From Antechinus flavipes (taxonomy: Eukaryota), in assembly GCF_016432865.1 (NCBI RefSeq), contig NC_067400.1:29202001-29266000 (forward strand): a stretch of DNA of 64,000 nucleotides, in the 5' to 3' direction. Positions 24,666 through 37,592 of the stretch are shown piece by piece. The first letter of the stretch is position 1. Every line of letters begins with the position of its first letter. Below the pieces are notes generated by a model. That model was not told where the DNA came from. It saw only the letters and a program-made list of their open reading frames with translations, and did not search any database. Position numbers and translations under genes: made by a program.

Positions 24666-27600
24666 TGCTTTCAGTTTGCCTGAATTATCACCTGAAATTA
24701 AAATCAATCATTTTTAAATCACTGGTTGTGATAGAATTTGAATTACATTTTTAGTTTATAAAGGTTTGAAAGCACAAGAACATGAGATTTGGTGGTACAT
24801 TTTGGATGATGGAGAGCTATTTATAACTTTGTAATATTTTTCAGCATCTCAGTTTCCTGAGTCATTGAAAAAGGAGGGTAGACTAGTTTTCCTTTTAAGT
24901 TAAATCCTAGTGTCAGAGACAGGACTCAAACTATAAGATTTAGTATAAATTTGGGAAGGATATATGAAAGATCATTGATTCCAGCCCCCCTCGCATTTAC
25001 AGATAAAGACCCTGTGGTACTTTTCCACCATCACACAGCTAGGAAGTGTTAGAACCCGGGGCTGACATTCAGTTGTTCCAACTAATACCAGGCCTTCTCC
25101 GCAAGAGTTCCTTAGCCTTGAGGTAGAACGTGGCATTGAGGTGAGAACCTTGGCCACCCTCTAACAGGTAAATCCATCTTCTGCATTAAAATGGAATGGC
25201 AACAGAAAGTTTGCTCTGTGAGTACATCCACAGAGCAGCAATGCCCTATAGTGATGAAAGAAATGTTAGCGGAGTGTTGTTTCTCTCAAGCAAGTTTAAA
25301 AATATCTTGTGGGGGGCTTAAGGGGGGATATTAAAGTGACAGTTGCAAAAATGAGATTTTTCTCAGAGAGGAAAAAAAATTCCATGTGACATTATTTTTG
25401 GAAGGAAGAAGAAACATCTCCTTACAAGACTCAAAAATGTTGTTTTAAATGTAATTCTGGGAGAAGGATGGTGAGTAGAAATCTGTGCTTACAAAGAATA
25501 AGTGACAGTTATTGAGAGAGTTTGATATGCTGGAAGCTTATCGAAGTCTATCTTGATGACACTTGCATATGTCCCCATCATTCCAAAACAGAAGCTTAGG
25601 AACAGAATCATCAGAGAAAAAGAAATCACAGACTCTGAGAATCTAAGAGGAAGAAGAAGAAAGGATTTGAGGCCATCTTGCCACAGAATTACAAAATTTC
25701 AGAGCTGAAAAAGACCTCAGAAGAAGTTTAGTCCAATCCAGACTTGAGTTAATGAAGGCAAGCGTTTATTAAGCTCTTAGTATATGCCAGGCAATGTGCT
25801 AGGGTCTAAGGATAACCAAATCAAAGAATGAAACAATTACTGCTCTAAATTACCTTCTAAATGGGGAACTGATCTTTTATCATACACTCCTATCATACAC
25901 TCCAGAGATATAGAACACACCAATATGCACTGCATATTGGGATTGCTCTTGTCATAGGAAACTATTCTTTATAGAAAGTCTAAATTTGCTTGTCCAGAGT
26001 GGCCACTGTTTCTGCCAATCCCTGCCTCAATATCATACCAGTTTCATATGTTTAATATGGGATTTTCCAAGGTAAACAATTTTTAATCATTTTAAAGAAA
26101 AGGTAACTACTATGTCAGGAGGGAAAAAACATGGCAGCCCAAGTCTAAATGGAAGATTTGTAGTCAAAGAGCCTGGATTGGTATCCCAGGTGGATCACCA
26201 ATCATCTACATGATCTTGGGGAAACTGAATCTCAGTGTCCCCATCTGCAAAATGAGAGGATTGAACTTGATGATTCCCTTCAGGTTCTAAAATTCAAGGA
26301 TGATGTGAGAATTTTCATGGCACAGTAGATAAGATGGACAATCTAAGGAACTGGGAAAAAAGGAGCTGCCCCAAACAAAGACTAGTGTCCAAGTGGATTG
26401 TCAAACTACACCAGTAGAAAGAATCCCCAAACCAGGAGTATCTATACTGATAAAGACGATGTTACAATGATTCCAAGACCTCACCTCCCCAGTTTTCTTT
26501 TTTTCAGTTCAGCCATTGTTTTAAAATCATGAACAATTTGTAATACTTCTATTCTTCAAAAAACAAAAACAAAAAAAAGAATAGTTTCTCCTGATATCTG
26601 GATCAGTAAAAGACAAAGCAAAGATGTTTGCAGCAAAAATCTCTGGCCATGATGGGGGACTCGGTCAAATACCAAGGGAGACAAATAGCAAAAGATGAAT
26701 TACCTTGAGACTTTTAACATCCAAAGGAACTATTTTTATTCTTTGCCACCTTGCTCCATCCAAACAGCAATTATATTAATTGTGGACATGTGCATAGTAC
26801 AGGAAAAAAGAACAATTCTTTTAAATTAAAGCCAAGTTATAGCCCTTAGGACTCTAACGTAAGGGAGTCTACAAGGGTCTCCTTGCTTTTGAATTAGGAA
26901 TTTGTTCTTGTAAACTCAAGATCATGTATATAAATGTATTTTTTAAAAAGATCTTTGGCACAAGTCCATATAAATGAATGAATAGTTATGTTTGAAAAGA
27001 AGGCTCATGTTCTTTGTAAAAATTTCTGTTAACAAATGAAGGGAAATCCAAAAGTCTTTGCAAAGGCAGAAAGAAGAAATACTTCAGGACAAACTTCCCA
27101 CCACTTAAGAGCCCCATCTTAGCTGGGTCTTTTAAAAGAAAACCCATCCTTTTAAGAAGTGGAGGGCAAAGAGTATATTATTTTGATTCTCTTTTGTTCC
27201 CATGCACAACCAGCCCTATCCAGTCTGATCCAAACCCAGCTAAATTCCCTCATTCTTACTTCATACTTTGCTGAACATGCCATTGATCACAGGTTTTTTT
27301 TTTCATGCCAATGTTTCATTATAAGTCAGCGTAGTGATGGTCTAAGTTCAAATGCCATCTCACACATTAGCTTTTCTTAAAGTCTCTCTTCATTTCTCTG
27401 TGACTCAGTTTTCCTCTGTGTAAAAGAAGCAGGTTGCACTCAATGGTCTCTAAAATTGCTTTCTGTTCTGACTCTATGATGAAAAAGGGAGGCACCCCTA
27501 GGTTTGTGAATCTGTGTCCAAAAAGTATGATCTCCAGTGGGTCCTGCCAACTTGAGTAGTCTTTGAGTATAACTCTTGCCAAGAGTATATGCCTGTCCAA

Positions 27601-28624
27601 AAAGACCATACTCCTTTGTTACCTTATATTTGGAGGCTTTCATCAACAGAGACTTAGAGGCTATCTAGGTGTCCAATTTTATCAGCTATAATAACTGAGG
27701 AAGAACACAAGCACTAATAGTCGATAAACAAATATCAATAAAGCATTTACTATATTCCAAGTCCTGTGCTAAGCACTAAAGACAGAAATGCAAAAACACA
27801 GCTTACAATGTTGCATTTGAGACAATGTGAAAACAACTGTGTGCATGCCAAATATATGCAGTATAAATGAGAGCAAAAACATGATGTGGCACATAATAGG
27901 TGCTTAATTAATGCTTACTGATTGACTTTTATCAGTGAAATGAGTACCTGCAACATTGATCAGAGAACCCTGAATTAACTATGCAAATAGAGACAAAACA
28001 AATTCCTACTGTAACAACTCTATTGGCAAAACCTCTGGGAATGAAGCCATCTTATAATGAACTATGTTCATTCATAATTCATGGGAAATAATCAGGGATA
28101 GTGACAACTGCCCAGCTCATCAGAACAAGCATTTCTCTTCTTCCCCTTTCTCATACCCCAACTATGTTTGCAGCTATTAAGAACCAAAATACTTCCTTAG
28201 ACAGCTTTTGTCCTTAAATAGGTGATGGTAAATATAAATGATGCAGTGGAAACCATAAAGTTAGTGAAATTATCTAAAAACAACATCTTTCCTTTTTTCT
28301 TTATCTTTTCCTGATTTTCTTGGTGGTCCTTTCCCTCTTTCAGCTCAACTGGGATCTATCTATCTACTCCACTCTCCTACTTCCTGCTAATTGAAACTTG
28401 CTTTTCTCATTCAAGAAGCTGTGTACAGATGTAACATCGTACCTAAGCTCAGAAATACAGAATCAAAGCAGAAAGAGCCACATTCATCTTGGAATTATCT
28501 GTCTGAAACACTGTATCAGATGGATGATTTGGCAAGATTTTCATTCAAAGAAAATATTTCTAATCTACTGATATGAAAGCTTTTAAATATATGTCTTCCA
28601 ACTCTCTTTCCTTTATTGCATCAT

Positions 28625-28860
28625 GGCCATTGATCTCGTGGTTTTTCTTTGGGTGAGTTTGGACCTGTGAGTTCATGATAATGAGAAATCCCTGATGAGC
28701 CAAATCCCTTTACTGATACAGACCAGCACGATCTTAGCACCTCTAATCTTAGGAGGTGCCTCAAGTGCTGAAGGGTTAAGTTCTTAACAGAGTAGGATGG
28801 GAAACAGATCTTTCTAGATTTAAGACCAAGACTCTATTTACCAGACCACAATCTCCCTCT
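28625..28860 (-). mobile_element. Marsupial CORE-SINE (MIR3/Mar3-like)
   Basis: ggacctgtgagttcatgataatgagaaatccctgatgag..actgatacagac..gagg..tgctgaagggttaagt..gggaaacagatctttctagatttaagaccaagactctat. Confidence 0.55.
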
Positions 28861-29309
28861 TCACAAAGACATTAGCTGTCTAAAACAACTCTTGAGGTTT
28901 CACCTCATATATAAAAGAATAGCAAAAGATGTAAATGTTTGAAGAAATATACTAAGACATAGGAGGAGGAGCTTTAATTGGTTTGACACTCATAGCAAAT
29001 TGTTTAGACATATACAAGAAATACCATTAATTTTTAGTTTAAGGGTTAGGAAATCTCTGACCTGGAAAGCCAACTAGATAAACCCTGAGAATTCTCTCTA
29101 CAATATTTCCAACACCTTCCTGTGGTTGCATGTCCCTCACAAGTGGAGGTAATATAGATTTATATAAAATCCTATACTTAAGTTCAAAGAAATAAGTCAT
29201 TCCTATTATTTATAATCCAAATAATAGTAGATTGTTTCCCTTTTGCTGTTGTCTTCAACTTTCCTCCAGGGAGGAAAAATCTCTACTTTCTGGAGTCCTT
29301 TGACCTAAT

Positions 29310-29790
29310 GATTCTATACATCAATGAGTTAAAATGGGGAAAGGGAAAACTTTTTATAGCAGAAATCTTTATAGTTGATGGAGAATGGCTGTACAAATTA
29401 GGGTATGTAAATGAAATGGAATATTACTATACTCTTAAAAATGACAAATATAAGGAATTCAGAGAAATGAAAGAAGACTTCTCCAAACTCACACAGAGAA
29501 AACCAAGAGATCAATGGCTATGATACAATAAAGGAAAGAGAGTTGGAAAACCATAAGAACTCTGATCAATTTCCACTTCAAAGCCTGATTACTGAAACAA
29601 GCCTGCCTCCTTACCACAAAAAGGGGGTGGGCTAGACATATTAAAAGAGGCATCATTAACAGACTCATTGGCAGACATCGTCAATATGTTTGTCTTGCTT
29701 AGCTATATTTATTAGCTATGTAGATTCTATCACATGTGTGTGAATAATTTCAAAATAATAATGATTTTTTAAAGTATCAATAAAACAATT
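29310..29790 (+). mobile_element. Old L1 3' end
   Basis: Encodes LFIAEIFIVDGEWLYKLGYVNEMEYYYTLKNDKYKEFREMKEDF (L1 ORF2 C-terminal remnant), followed by 3'UTR ending aaagtatcaataaaac. Confidence 0.8.
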
Positions 29791-30039
29791 GCTTAATAGA
29801 AAAACAAATCCATGAAGATAAAATTTATGGAGCATTCTCTGAAGAAAGAAACAGATCATTGCTTTTTGATGTGGTTAACTCTTGTATATTTGTCCAGGCC
29901 TTTCTTATCATTAGAAACCTCTTCTGGACACTGATGCAGGTGCTCAGAATGTTCAAGATAGGATGAATTAATTCTTTGTCAAAGAAATGACATGATGTCA
30001 GACAACTACAGGTCTATTCTTTTGATCCTATAACGGTGT

Positions 30040-30275
30040 CAAACAACACAGGCCCCTTCTTCGGATACTATATTTAATATTCTTATCAGAAATTTGGATG
30101 TATCCACAGAGGGTGTGCTTATCGAATTTGTAAATGACAAGAAACAGAGAGGGTTAGATAACAGATTAAATCAGAATACAAAAAAAAAATCACAACAATC
30201 TAAAACACTGGGCCAACTTTAATAAGATCAAATGTAATATATATTTATGTAAAATTCTATGCTTGAGGTCAAAGG
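30040..30275 (+). mobile_element. CR1/L3 reverse-transcriptase fragment
   Basis: Decayed GP.LFNI.I..LD..TEGVLIEFVNDKK..G, corresponding to CR1 [51 protein letters not shown]. Confidence 0.75.
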
Positions 30276-30545
30276 AAAATCATTCCTATTATTCATAATC
30301 CAGATAACACATTGTCTTCATTTTGCTGTTATCTCCAACTTTTAAAAAGTTAAATTATCAATAAGGCAAGTTAAGAATTAATCTCTGATGTTAGCAAAGA
30401 AAGAGCTGTAACAGATGTCTGGGTGGTAGGAGTTTTCTATCATAATTGAAGAGAGAAGAGAAATGAGAGATGCATCAAAATACAGATGTTACACCAGATG
30501 TCAAGTGGGCATCAGGTATGACAGACGTATTGAGGTACTCACAAA

Positions 30546-30797
30546 GCCATTTGGTCATTTTTCAGTCATGTTTGACTCTTCATGACCTCATTTGGGGTTT
30601 TTCTTGCCAAAGATACCAGAGTGGTTTGTTATTCCCTTCTCTAGCTCCTTTTATAGATGAGGAAACTGAGGCAAACAGGGTAAAGTGGCTTACCCAGGGT
30701 CAAATAGCTAGTGTCTGAGGTCAGGTTTGAACTTAACAAAATGAGTCTTCCTGACTCCAAGCCCAGCACTCTATCCAGCACACTACCTAGCTTCCCT
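30546..30797 (-). mobile_element. MAR1-type SINE
   Basis: ttcagtcatgtttgactcttcatgacctcatttggggttttcttgccaaagataccagagtggttt..ttatagatgaggaaactgaggcaaacaggg..ctacctagcttccc. Confidence 0.9.
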
Positions 30798-31784
30798 TGA
30801 ATCTCATGGAATCTATAGAAAACCATAAGAGGTATGAGGGTCAGAAAAGATGCCAAAGAGCTTGGATATAGAAGATCCCAATGCATAGAGTATAACTAGA
30901 TCTTTTGATAGAGTGTAGTGAATATGAACTTGGAGAGATTCCTGACTTAGTAGGACATTGTTCAAGATGGAAATTCAGAAATGAGAAGGTATCCTGTGGT
31001 TAGCAGTTCCAATTTAGGAAGAAAATGAGCAGAACCCAAGAAGTTGTTCAGCTATATAGCAATTTATTGATAGGAGTGGGGAGGAATAGAGGAGAGAGTA
31101 TATAAAAAGAACTAAGAAAGCAGAGATAAGGAATAGAGGAAGACTATTTACAAGCTTTCAAGCCAGCTGGAGGAAATGGACAAGGTTCCTGGTACAAATC
31201 CCATAGCGTGCATGGGAAACATGATTGGGTAAGTAGGGTAAGGCTATGTTATGGAGAAACTTGGAGTCATGTCACAGAAGCTAGATTTACTTCTAAGAAA
31301 TGAGGAATCAATGAAAGAATATAAGCAGGAGACAAAATGGTATTTTTCTGACAAGGGTAGAAGTAGATCTGAGTAATATGAAAGCAAAAAAAAAAAGATA
31401 TTATTTTAGTAGCTTGAAAAAAAAAAAAAAAGATTAACCAGCAGCATTGAGCCAGTGGAAAGAACTTTGAACTCAGTCACGGGGACTTGAATTCAAATCC
31501 TGATTTTGATCTCTATTATCTCTGTGATCTCAGCCCCAAGTTTCCTCCATTTTGGTATGAGAACAGTGGAATGATTGACATCTAAGGCCCCTTACAACTC
31601 AATATCTCATGGACTTAAAATGGGAGAGAACACCAGGAAGTGGTGGATATCAAACATTTAGGTCAAAAAGCTCACTTCATTCATAGGCATGTGATTTAAA
31701 GAATGGGGTTCACTATCCAGATACTTTGGGGTGCAGAACTGAATTTAATGAAACCATTAAACTAGAAATAGTTCTCTGAGTTGC

Positions 31785-32050
31785 TGACCAGGCTATTGGG
31801 CAGTTAGGTGGTATAGCAGACAGAATTCTGCACCTAGAGTCAATATGATCTGAGTTCAAATCCATCTTCAGACACTTACTAGCTATGTGATCCTGGGCAT
31901 GTCCTTTAACTACTTTCTGCCACAATTTCCTCATTTGTAAAATGGGGATAATAATTGTAGTTGCCTCCTAGAGCTGTCATAAGGATAAAATAAGATGTTT
32001 AAAAATGGTTTAGTATTCTGCCTGGCATGTAGTAAGCATTATGTAAATGT
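31785..32050 (+). mobile_element. MIR/CORE SINE
   Basis: gggcagttaggtggtatagcagacagaattctgcacctagagtcaa..tgagttcaaatcc..cttcagacacttactagctatgtgatcctgggca..ttcctcatttgtaaaatgggga. Confidence 0.85.
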
Positions 32051-32299
32051 TGATGACCGTGATAACGATGATAAAGATGATGATGATGGTGACCCAAACA
32101 CAAGATACTCAGACCCAGAACAATTCCTCATAATAAAGGCAACTTTCGCACAGGTGTTAAAAAAAAAAAGGTCTGTGCTTTCACAGCCCAATTTTGGCAG
32201 TAGAGAAGAGAAAAGTGAAAAGTTATATAAAACAGGAAGTTAAGTTCATCCTGTTTTGCTTGAAACCCACGTAGAACAAGACAGCTTCACACAACAGCT

Positions 32300-33000
32300 A
32301 TAAAATCGGAGACAAAGAAGTAGCAAATGAGATGTTAGGGAAAATGCTCTGTCTCAGATATACATGCTGATGCACCTAGTGAATCTGGGCTCATTTTTAA
32401 ATAAAAAGTCGCTGTATTCTTACTCAACTCCCTCTAGACATGTTTTTATAATAAAACCACTTGGAGGCTGCATGTAGATGGGAAAATTATGAAGTGGTAG
32501 ATGGAAAATTATGAAGTGGCTACCAGAGGGAAGAGTCAACTGACCCCTGGGAAAAATCCTTCTCTGCTGGTCAGAAGTGAAGGATGCTTCCGGCTTCTTC
32601 CTTGTTCAATTCGTCTCTAGATAACAAATCCCCAAAAGAAGAGGTGGGAACTCTGTTCTCATGGGGCTAAGAAAAACCTCAGGCAGCCCAAGGACAAGGA
32701 TGGCCTGAGTCAGAGCTGGCAGGGCCCCAAGCCCAGGGGAGGGAGTCAAAGGGGGCTGCGGGGATGAGGCAGGTTTATGCTTCATGCTTCTTCAGAAGCA
32801 AGATTAAAACCAGCGGATTTGTGGCCACTGAACAGATGTCTTTCCTGACCTCTGAGTAAATGGGGCTGGAGGGATCGGATCACACATTTAACTCGGGGGC
32901 TTCTCCTCCAACACCGGCAATTTACACAGGAGAGAAATGAAGGAAAGAACTTAAAGAATGTCACAGAGGCTTCATCCCACAACATTATTTATGATAGATT
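32300..33000. promoter_or_regulatory. Unique GC-richer island, candidate enhancer
   Basis: Non-repetitive, several CpGs, AP-1 consensus TGAGTCA at 32706-32712, G4 motif at 32736-32763. Function is inferred. Confidence 0.3.
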
Positions 33001-33039
33001 TTTATGGAAACATCTTCACTAATATGGTCTCCCTCTTTT

Positions 33040-33350
33040 CTTCCCTTCACCCCTCTGTCTCTCTGTGTGTGTCTCGGTCTGTCTCTGTCACTCTTTCACT
33101 CACTCTCTATCTCTATGTGTGTGTCTCTTGTCTTTCTGCTTTTCTATTTCTCTCTGGGTATGTCTCTCTCTGTCTCTGATTGTCTTTGCATCTCTCTGCT
33201 TTTCTGTATTTCTGTATTTTTCTCTCTCTGTCTCTGTGTCTATCTTTCTCTTCATGTCTTTATTTCTGTCTCTCTCTTCTCACTCTTTATTTTTCCTTTC
33301 TCTCTCTCTTTGTTTTTTTCTTCCTTTCCACTTCCCCCCACTTCCTCCTT
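33040..33350 (+). repeat. Degenerate (CT)n/(CTGT)n low-complexity tract
   Basis: About 300 bp of tctctctg/tgtctc runs; it explains the overlapping S/L/F-rich ORFs. Confidence 0.92.
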
Positions 33351-33604
33351 CACTTGACTCTTCTAAAAAATTGAAGTTTTAACAAGGAAAAAATCTAGCA
33401 AGAGACTGTGGCTGATTCTTGGTGACATTGCTATAATAGTGACTCATGACTCTCCTGCATTTTGGGGGTTTGCAAAGCATATACCTCCCAACTCTAGGAG
33501 TTAAATCAGTTCAGAGCAGTGGATAGAAGACTTGGTAGAATCAGGAAAACCTAAACTAAAGTAATACAAAGGAAAGGACAATGGGACTGGATTAGAAGAA
33601 TTGA

Positions 33605-34000
33605 GTTCAAATGTCAAAATATCAATTACTACTAGTAGTAATAGTAATAGTAGTATTAGTACAAATACTAGTAATGGTGGCGATAATGGTAGTAGTAGTA
33701 ATAGTAGTTCAAATGTCAAAATGTCAGTTACTACTAGTTGTAATAGTAATAATAGTATTAGTAGAAATACTAGTAATGGTGGCGATAGTGGTGGTAGTAG
33801 TAATAGTAATGTTAGTAGTAGCAGTAATAGTGGTAGTGGTAGTAGTTAGGATTGGAAATGCTAGTAGTAAGAGTAGTAGTAATGGTGATTGCAATTATAG
33901 TAGTGATCCTAGCAGTAGAAGTGGTGGTGATGATAGAAATATTGGTAGTAGTAATAGTGGGGGCAGCAGCAGCAATAGCAATAGCAGCAGCAACAATGTA
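33605..34000 (+). repeat. Degenerate (AGT)n/(AGC)n tract containing a 102-bp tandem duplication
   Basis: gttcaaatgtcaaaat starts at 33605 and again at 33707, followed by agt/aat/ggt triplet runs. Confidence 0.92.
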
Positions 34001-34184
34001 GTAGGAATAGACAATAAAAGCTTTTCCTGCTCTCTCTTCCTTCTGAGATCATTTTTCACTTTACGCAGAATGTACTGTTGTTGTACATAATGTTGTACAT
34101 TAGAATGGGAGCTCCAAGGGGCAAGGGCTACATTTTGATCTTTCTTTGTATCTCTAGTTCTTAGCGTAGTGCTTGCTATATTGT

Positions 34185-34400
34185 TGTTCAGTCATTTCTG
34201 ATTCTCCATGTCCCTTTTTAGTTTTCTTGGCAAAGACACTGGAATACTTTGCCATTTCATTCTCCTGCTCATTTTACAAATAAGGAAACTGAGGCAAATA
34301 GGTTTTCTTATCCAGGATCACCTGAGGCCAGACTTGAACTCAGATCTTCCTGATTCCAGAGGCTGAGTTTTATCTAAACTATCCATGTGTCTCTTCACCT
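34185..34400 (-). mobile_element. MAR1-type SINE
   Basis: ttgttgttcagtcatttctgattc..ttttcttggcaaagacactggaatactttgccatttcattctcctgctcattttacaaataaggaaactgaggcaaatagg. Confidence 0.85.
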
Positions 34401-34429
34401 AGCTGCTTACTTGACATGTAGTAAAAGCC

Positions 34430-34680
34430 TACTAAGAGAAAACTAGATAGCATGGTGGATAGAGCATTGGGTTTAGAATCAGAAAGACCCAAGTTAAATC
34501 TTGGCACAGACTTTTAGTAGGTGTGTTACCCTGGACAAGTCTTTTAATGTTTATCTGCATCCTCATCTGTAAAATGGGAATAATAATCGCATTTACTTCA
34601 CAGGATTGTTGTGAAGAAGAAATGAGATAACAGGTTCTGGTAATATTATCATTATTAATTATGAGTATTTGAATTGGCTT
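34430..34680 (+). mobile_element. MIR SINE
   Basis: tagcatggtggatagagcattgggtttagaatcagaaagacccaagttaaatcttggc..cctcatctgtaaaatgggaataataatcgcatttacttcacaggattgttgtgaag. Confidence 0.85.
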
Positions 34681-36729
34681 GTAGGCAATCAATAAGGATA
34701 TTTCAACCCTAACCCTGATCCCAAACAACCAAATCCACCAACTGAATTTGAATACAGACCTCTCCTTTCTTCCAAAGGTCTCCTACCACATCCCATTGCC
34801 TCTTATAATGAGGAGGCTAGATGTGGTGATCTTCAGGATCCACTGCAACCCTAATTTCTTCCCTGAATGTGAGTGGGGGTAGGAGGGAGGAAGAAAGGAA
34901 GAAAACAACTCTCTACTGCCCATGACTGAGCGGAGGTCTGAAGAATACCTTCCAGGACCAGCTAGTGTCTGATGTCTCAGGCTCTACAGAGAGCCAGATA
35001 GAATAGAATCTCCCTGAGGGCAGGAAATTCTGCTTTTTTTTTTTTTTTCATAGCCCCAGTTCTTAGCATGGTCCAGGATACAGGGAGGACATTCAATAAA
35101 TGTTTATTAATTAATTTATTGCAAAGAATTTTTTGTCATTTTTTTTTTTTACAACTAGCTATGATCCTAATCACTGTAGGAATGTGATGAACATTAAGTA
35201 AATTAAAGCAATTTAGTAGAACCTTTTTGATTCAAAAAGCAAAGATATAAATGGGGACATAGGATCACAAAAAGTGGGAAGGGACAAGAATCATACATCA
35301 CAAATGACAGAAATAAGCAACTCCTTGCACTCTTAATAGTGATATAAATAAATATATTTTATTTATACAACATATTCTATAATTATATAATATATTATAT
35401 TTAAATAAATGTGTTTTATTTACATAACAAATAGTATATAATTATATAATATATTTTAATAAATATAAATAAATGAATATTGGTGTAATTATTATGTCAT
35501 ATTCTTTTCATTACACAAGCTTTCAAACAAGGCAGAATCCTATTTCTGATATAAATTAAATTAAATTTTGGGGGAACTCAACCTATATTATAGAAATCTG
35601 TGGACATAGACACTCTCCAGGTCAGGGATTCTTAAGTACCCTTCTGGCAATCTGAAGAAACTTCTGGGCCCCTTCTCAGAATAATGTTGTGAAATCATTG
35701 AGACAAAAGCTAAGATTCATTAAGGAACTAGTGAAAAAAATCAATATTTTATTTTTTTCCTCTTTCTAATTTTTGGATCTGTTCATCTATATCTACTCTT
35801 CTCTCTGCAGTGGAACATGGGGCCCTGTTCTTGGTTTTTAAGTAGTCTGAGCTAACTCTGGAGAAAAGAAATTACCTTACTTTTCTTGCAAAAGTATGTG
35901 GGAGTCATATGAAATACTTGTTTTCTCTTTCCTTCCATGAATTTCAGGATTCACTTAAAACTCACTTGCTTACTATCCCCATATTCTCTCTGTCAAGAGT
36001 CTCACATATTGGAGAAACTGCCTTCTGAGTGTTTAGAAACAATGAAGGCTTGCTACACAGGGACCCTAGAAACTCCCTTGGCACTCTAAACCATTAGTAT
36101 TTGTTCCTTAGGGAGAGAAGTAGGAAGAAGGGAGGGGATTAGAAAGAGATGGGATTTTAAAATGTATCTCTATGAATAAACAAGAGATATAAGTAGTACA
36201 TAAGAAAGTTAACCGAAAGGTTGCTATTAAGTTCTCTCTTCTAGAGTTTCCAAATGGGGCTGAAAACACATGAGTCAATGATAGGTTGTAATGAGAGACT
36301 TTCCTGATGATTTAATATGAGACAAAGTTCCAAGCAAGATGTTCTCAGAGGTAAACATTAGCATAGCATTATCATGACTCACAGCTAAATCACATTGTCC
36401 TTTGAGATGCTCCTCAGGATTCCCTGAAATACTTTAAGAAAGATTGCATTATAAAGATGCTTTGATCACTCCAGGGATCCATGATCCATTAATGTGGGTA
36501 CTCTCTGCAGTTATCAAATCATGACTCTGAGATAGGGTGTTGGTATACAGTAGGTACTTGATAAATGTTTGTTCTTTAAGTAAATTCATTTATGCCTTAT
36601 CACTGTGTATGATTTATGTCTATGCTCTCTCACAAATCTTCTGGATGATGAGTTTCTTTCTCTATCTCCAGATGTTTTTTGAATATCAACGGAGCAAAGC
36701 TTATTTTTTGCTATCCCTTCATGGCCTGC

Positions 36730-37060
36730 ACAAGGTCCAAATGAAAGAGAAACATCTGGTAAGATGGTAAGGTCCACCTGATGCTCCTATTTATGCTTGA
36801 CAACGTGTTGGTCGCATCAATCTCCAGAACATTGTGGAGTCTCCTAAATGAGATTTAGGAGATTTAGGAATTTGGCCTAGATACACAAAAAACAAAAAAA
36901 ACAAAAAACAAAAAACAAATGGATGATAAATGCCTGTTTTTCAGTGTAGGGCCAGATGGGCGATCCACAGAATTGGTCTCTCAGTTCCCATATATTGGAC
37001 AGACACTGAACTTATTCCAGAACTTTTAGCCAAAGAGGATCCGAGGTCATATTGAACTTC
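36730..37060 (+). mobile_element. RTE LINE reverse-transcriptase fragment
   Basis: Reads VHLMLLFMLDNVLVASISRTLWSLLNEI (RTE: VLQMLLFADDIVLIASSPRTLQSLLNEI), then KWM.NA.. and ..YIGQTL. An (A6C)n run is embedded. Confidence 0.8.
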
Positions 37061-37440
37061 CAGCACAGTTTTCTAAGTATCAAGTCCCTACTAAATTCTT
37101 CTTCCAGTGCTTCATAATTACATAGCAGCAATACTGAATTCTCAAAAGCTCTTCTAAAAAAAAATGCAAGCTACAGAAGTTCTTAGCCAGCTGGAAAGGT
37201 GTCAAGAAGTGACTGATAACAAACTGTCCATTTGTCATTGAAGGACCCTCCTAGATGAGTTCAGAGAGGCGCATTAGCAGGCTAGCCATAGGAATGTTTC
37301 AACTGTAACAAAATTTGGAGATTATCTGCCAAAATATAGATGGACTTTCCATCCATCTGGATGAGGAAATTACAAATCCTTGTAGTACTGAAATCCTAAT
37401 ATCCACACAAGGATAAAGTGAAACAATACAAAGTCTTTCT

Positions 37441-37592
37441 TTTTTGGGGGGGGAGGGTTGAGGCAATTGGGGTTAAGTGACGTGCCCAAGTTCCCACAAC
37501 TAGGAAGTGTTAAGTATCTGAGACCAGATTTGAACTCAGGTCCTCCTGACTTCAGGATTGGTGCTCTATCCATTGCACCATCTACTTGCCTC
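37441..37592 (-). mobile_element. WSINE1-type SINE
   Basis: gaggcaattggggttaagtgacgtgcccaag..ctaggaagtgttaagtatctgagaccagatttgaactcaggtcctcctgacttcagg..ggtgctctatccattgcaccatctacttgcc. Confidence 0.92.

Noticed and set aside
33004-33382. Three overlapping hydrophobic ORFs
   Set aside because: Produced by a stop-poor CT-rich low-complexity tract.
33501-34090. 159-aa V/I-rich and 82-aa S/N-rich ORFs
   Set aside because: Translations of a degenerate triplet repeat starting inside a SINE; no domain-like content.
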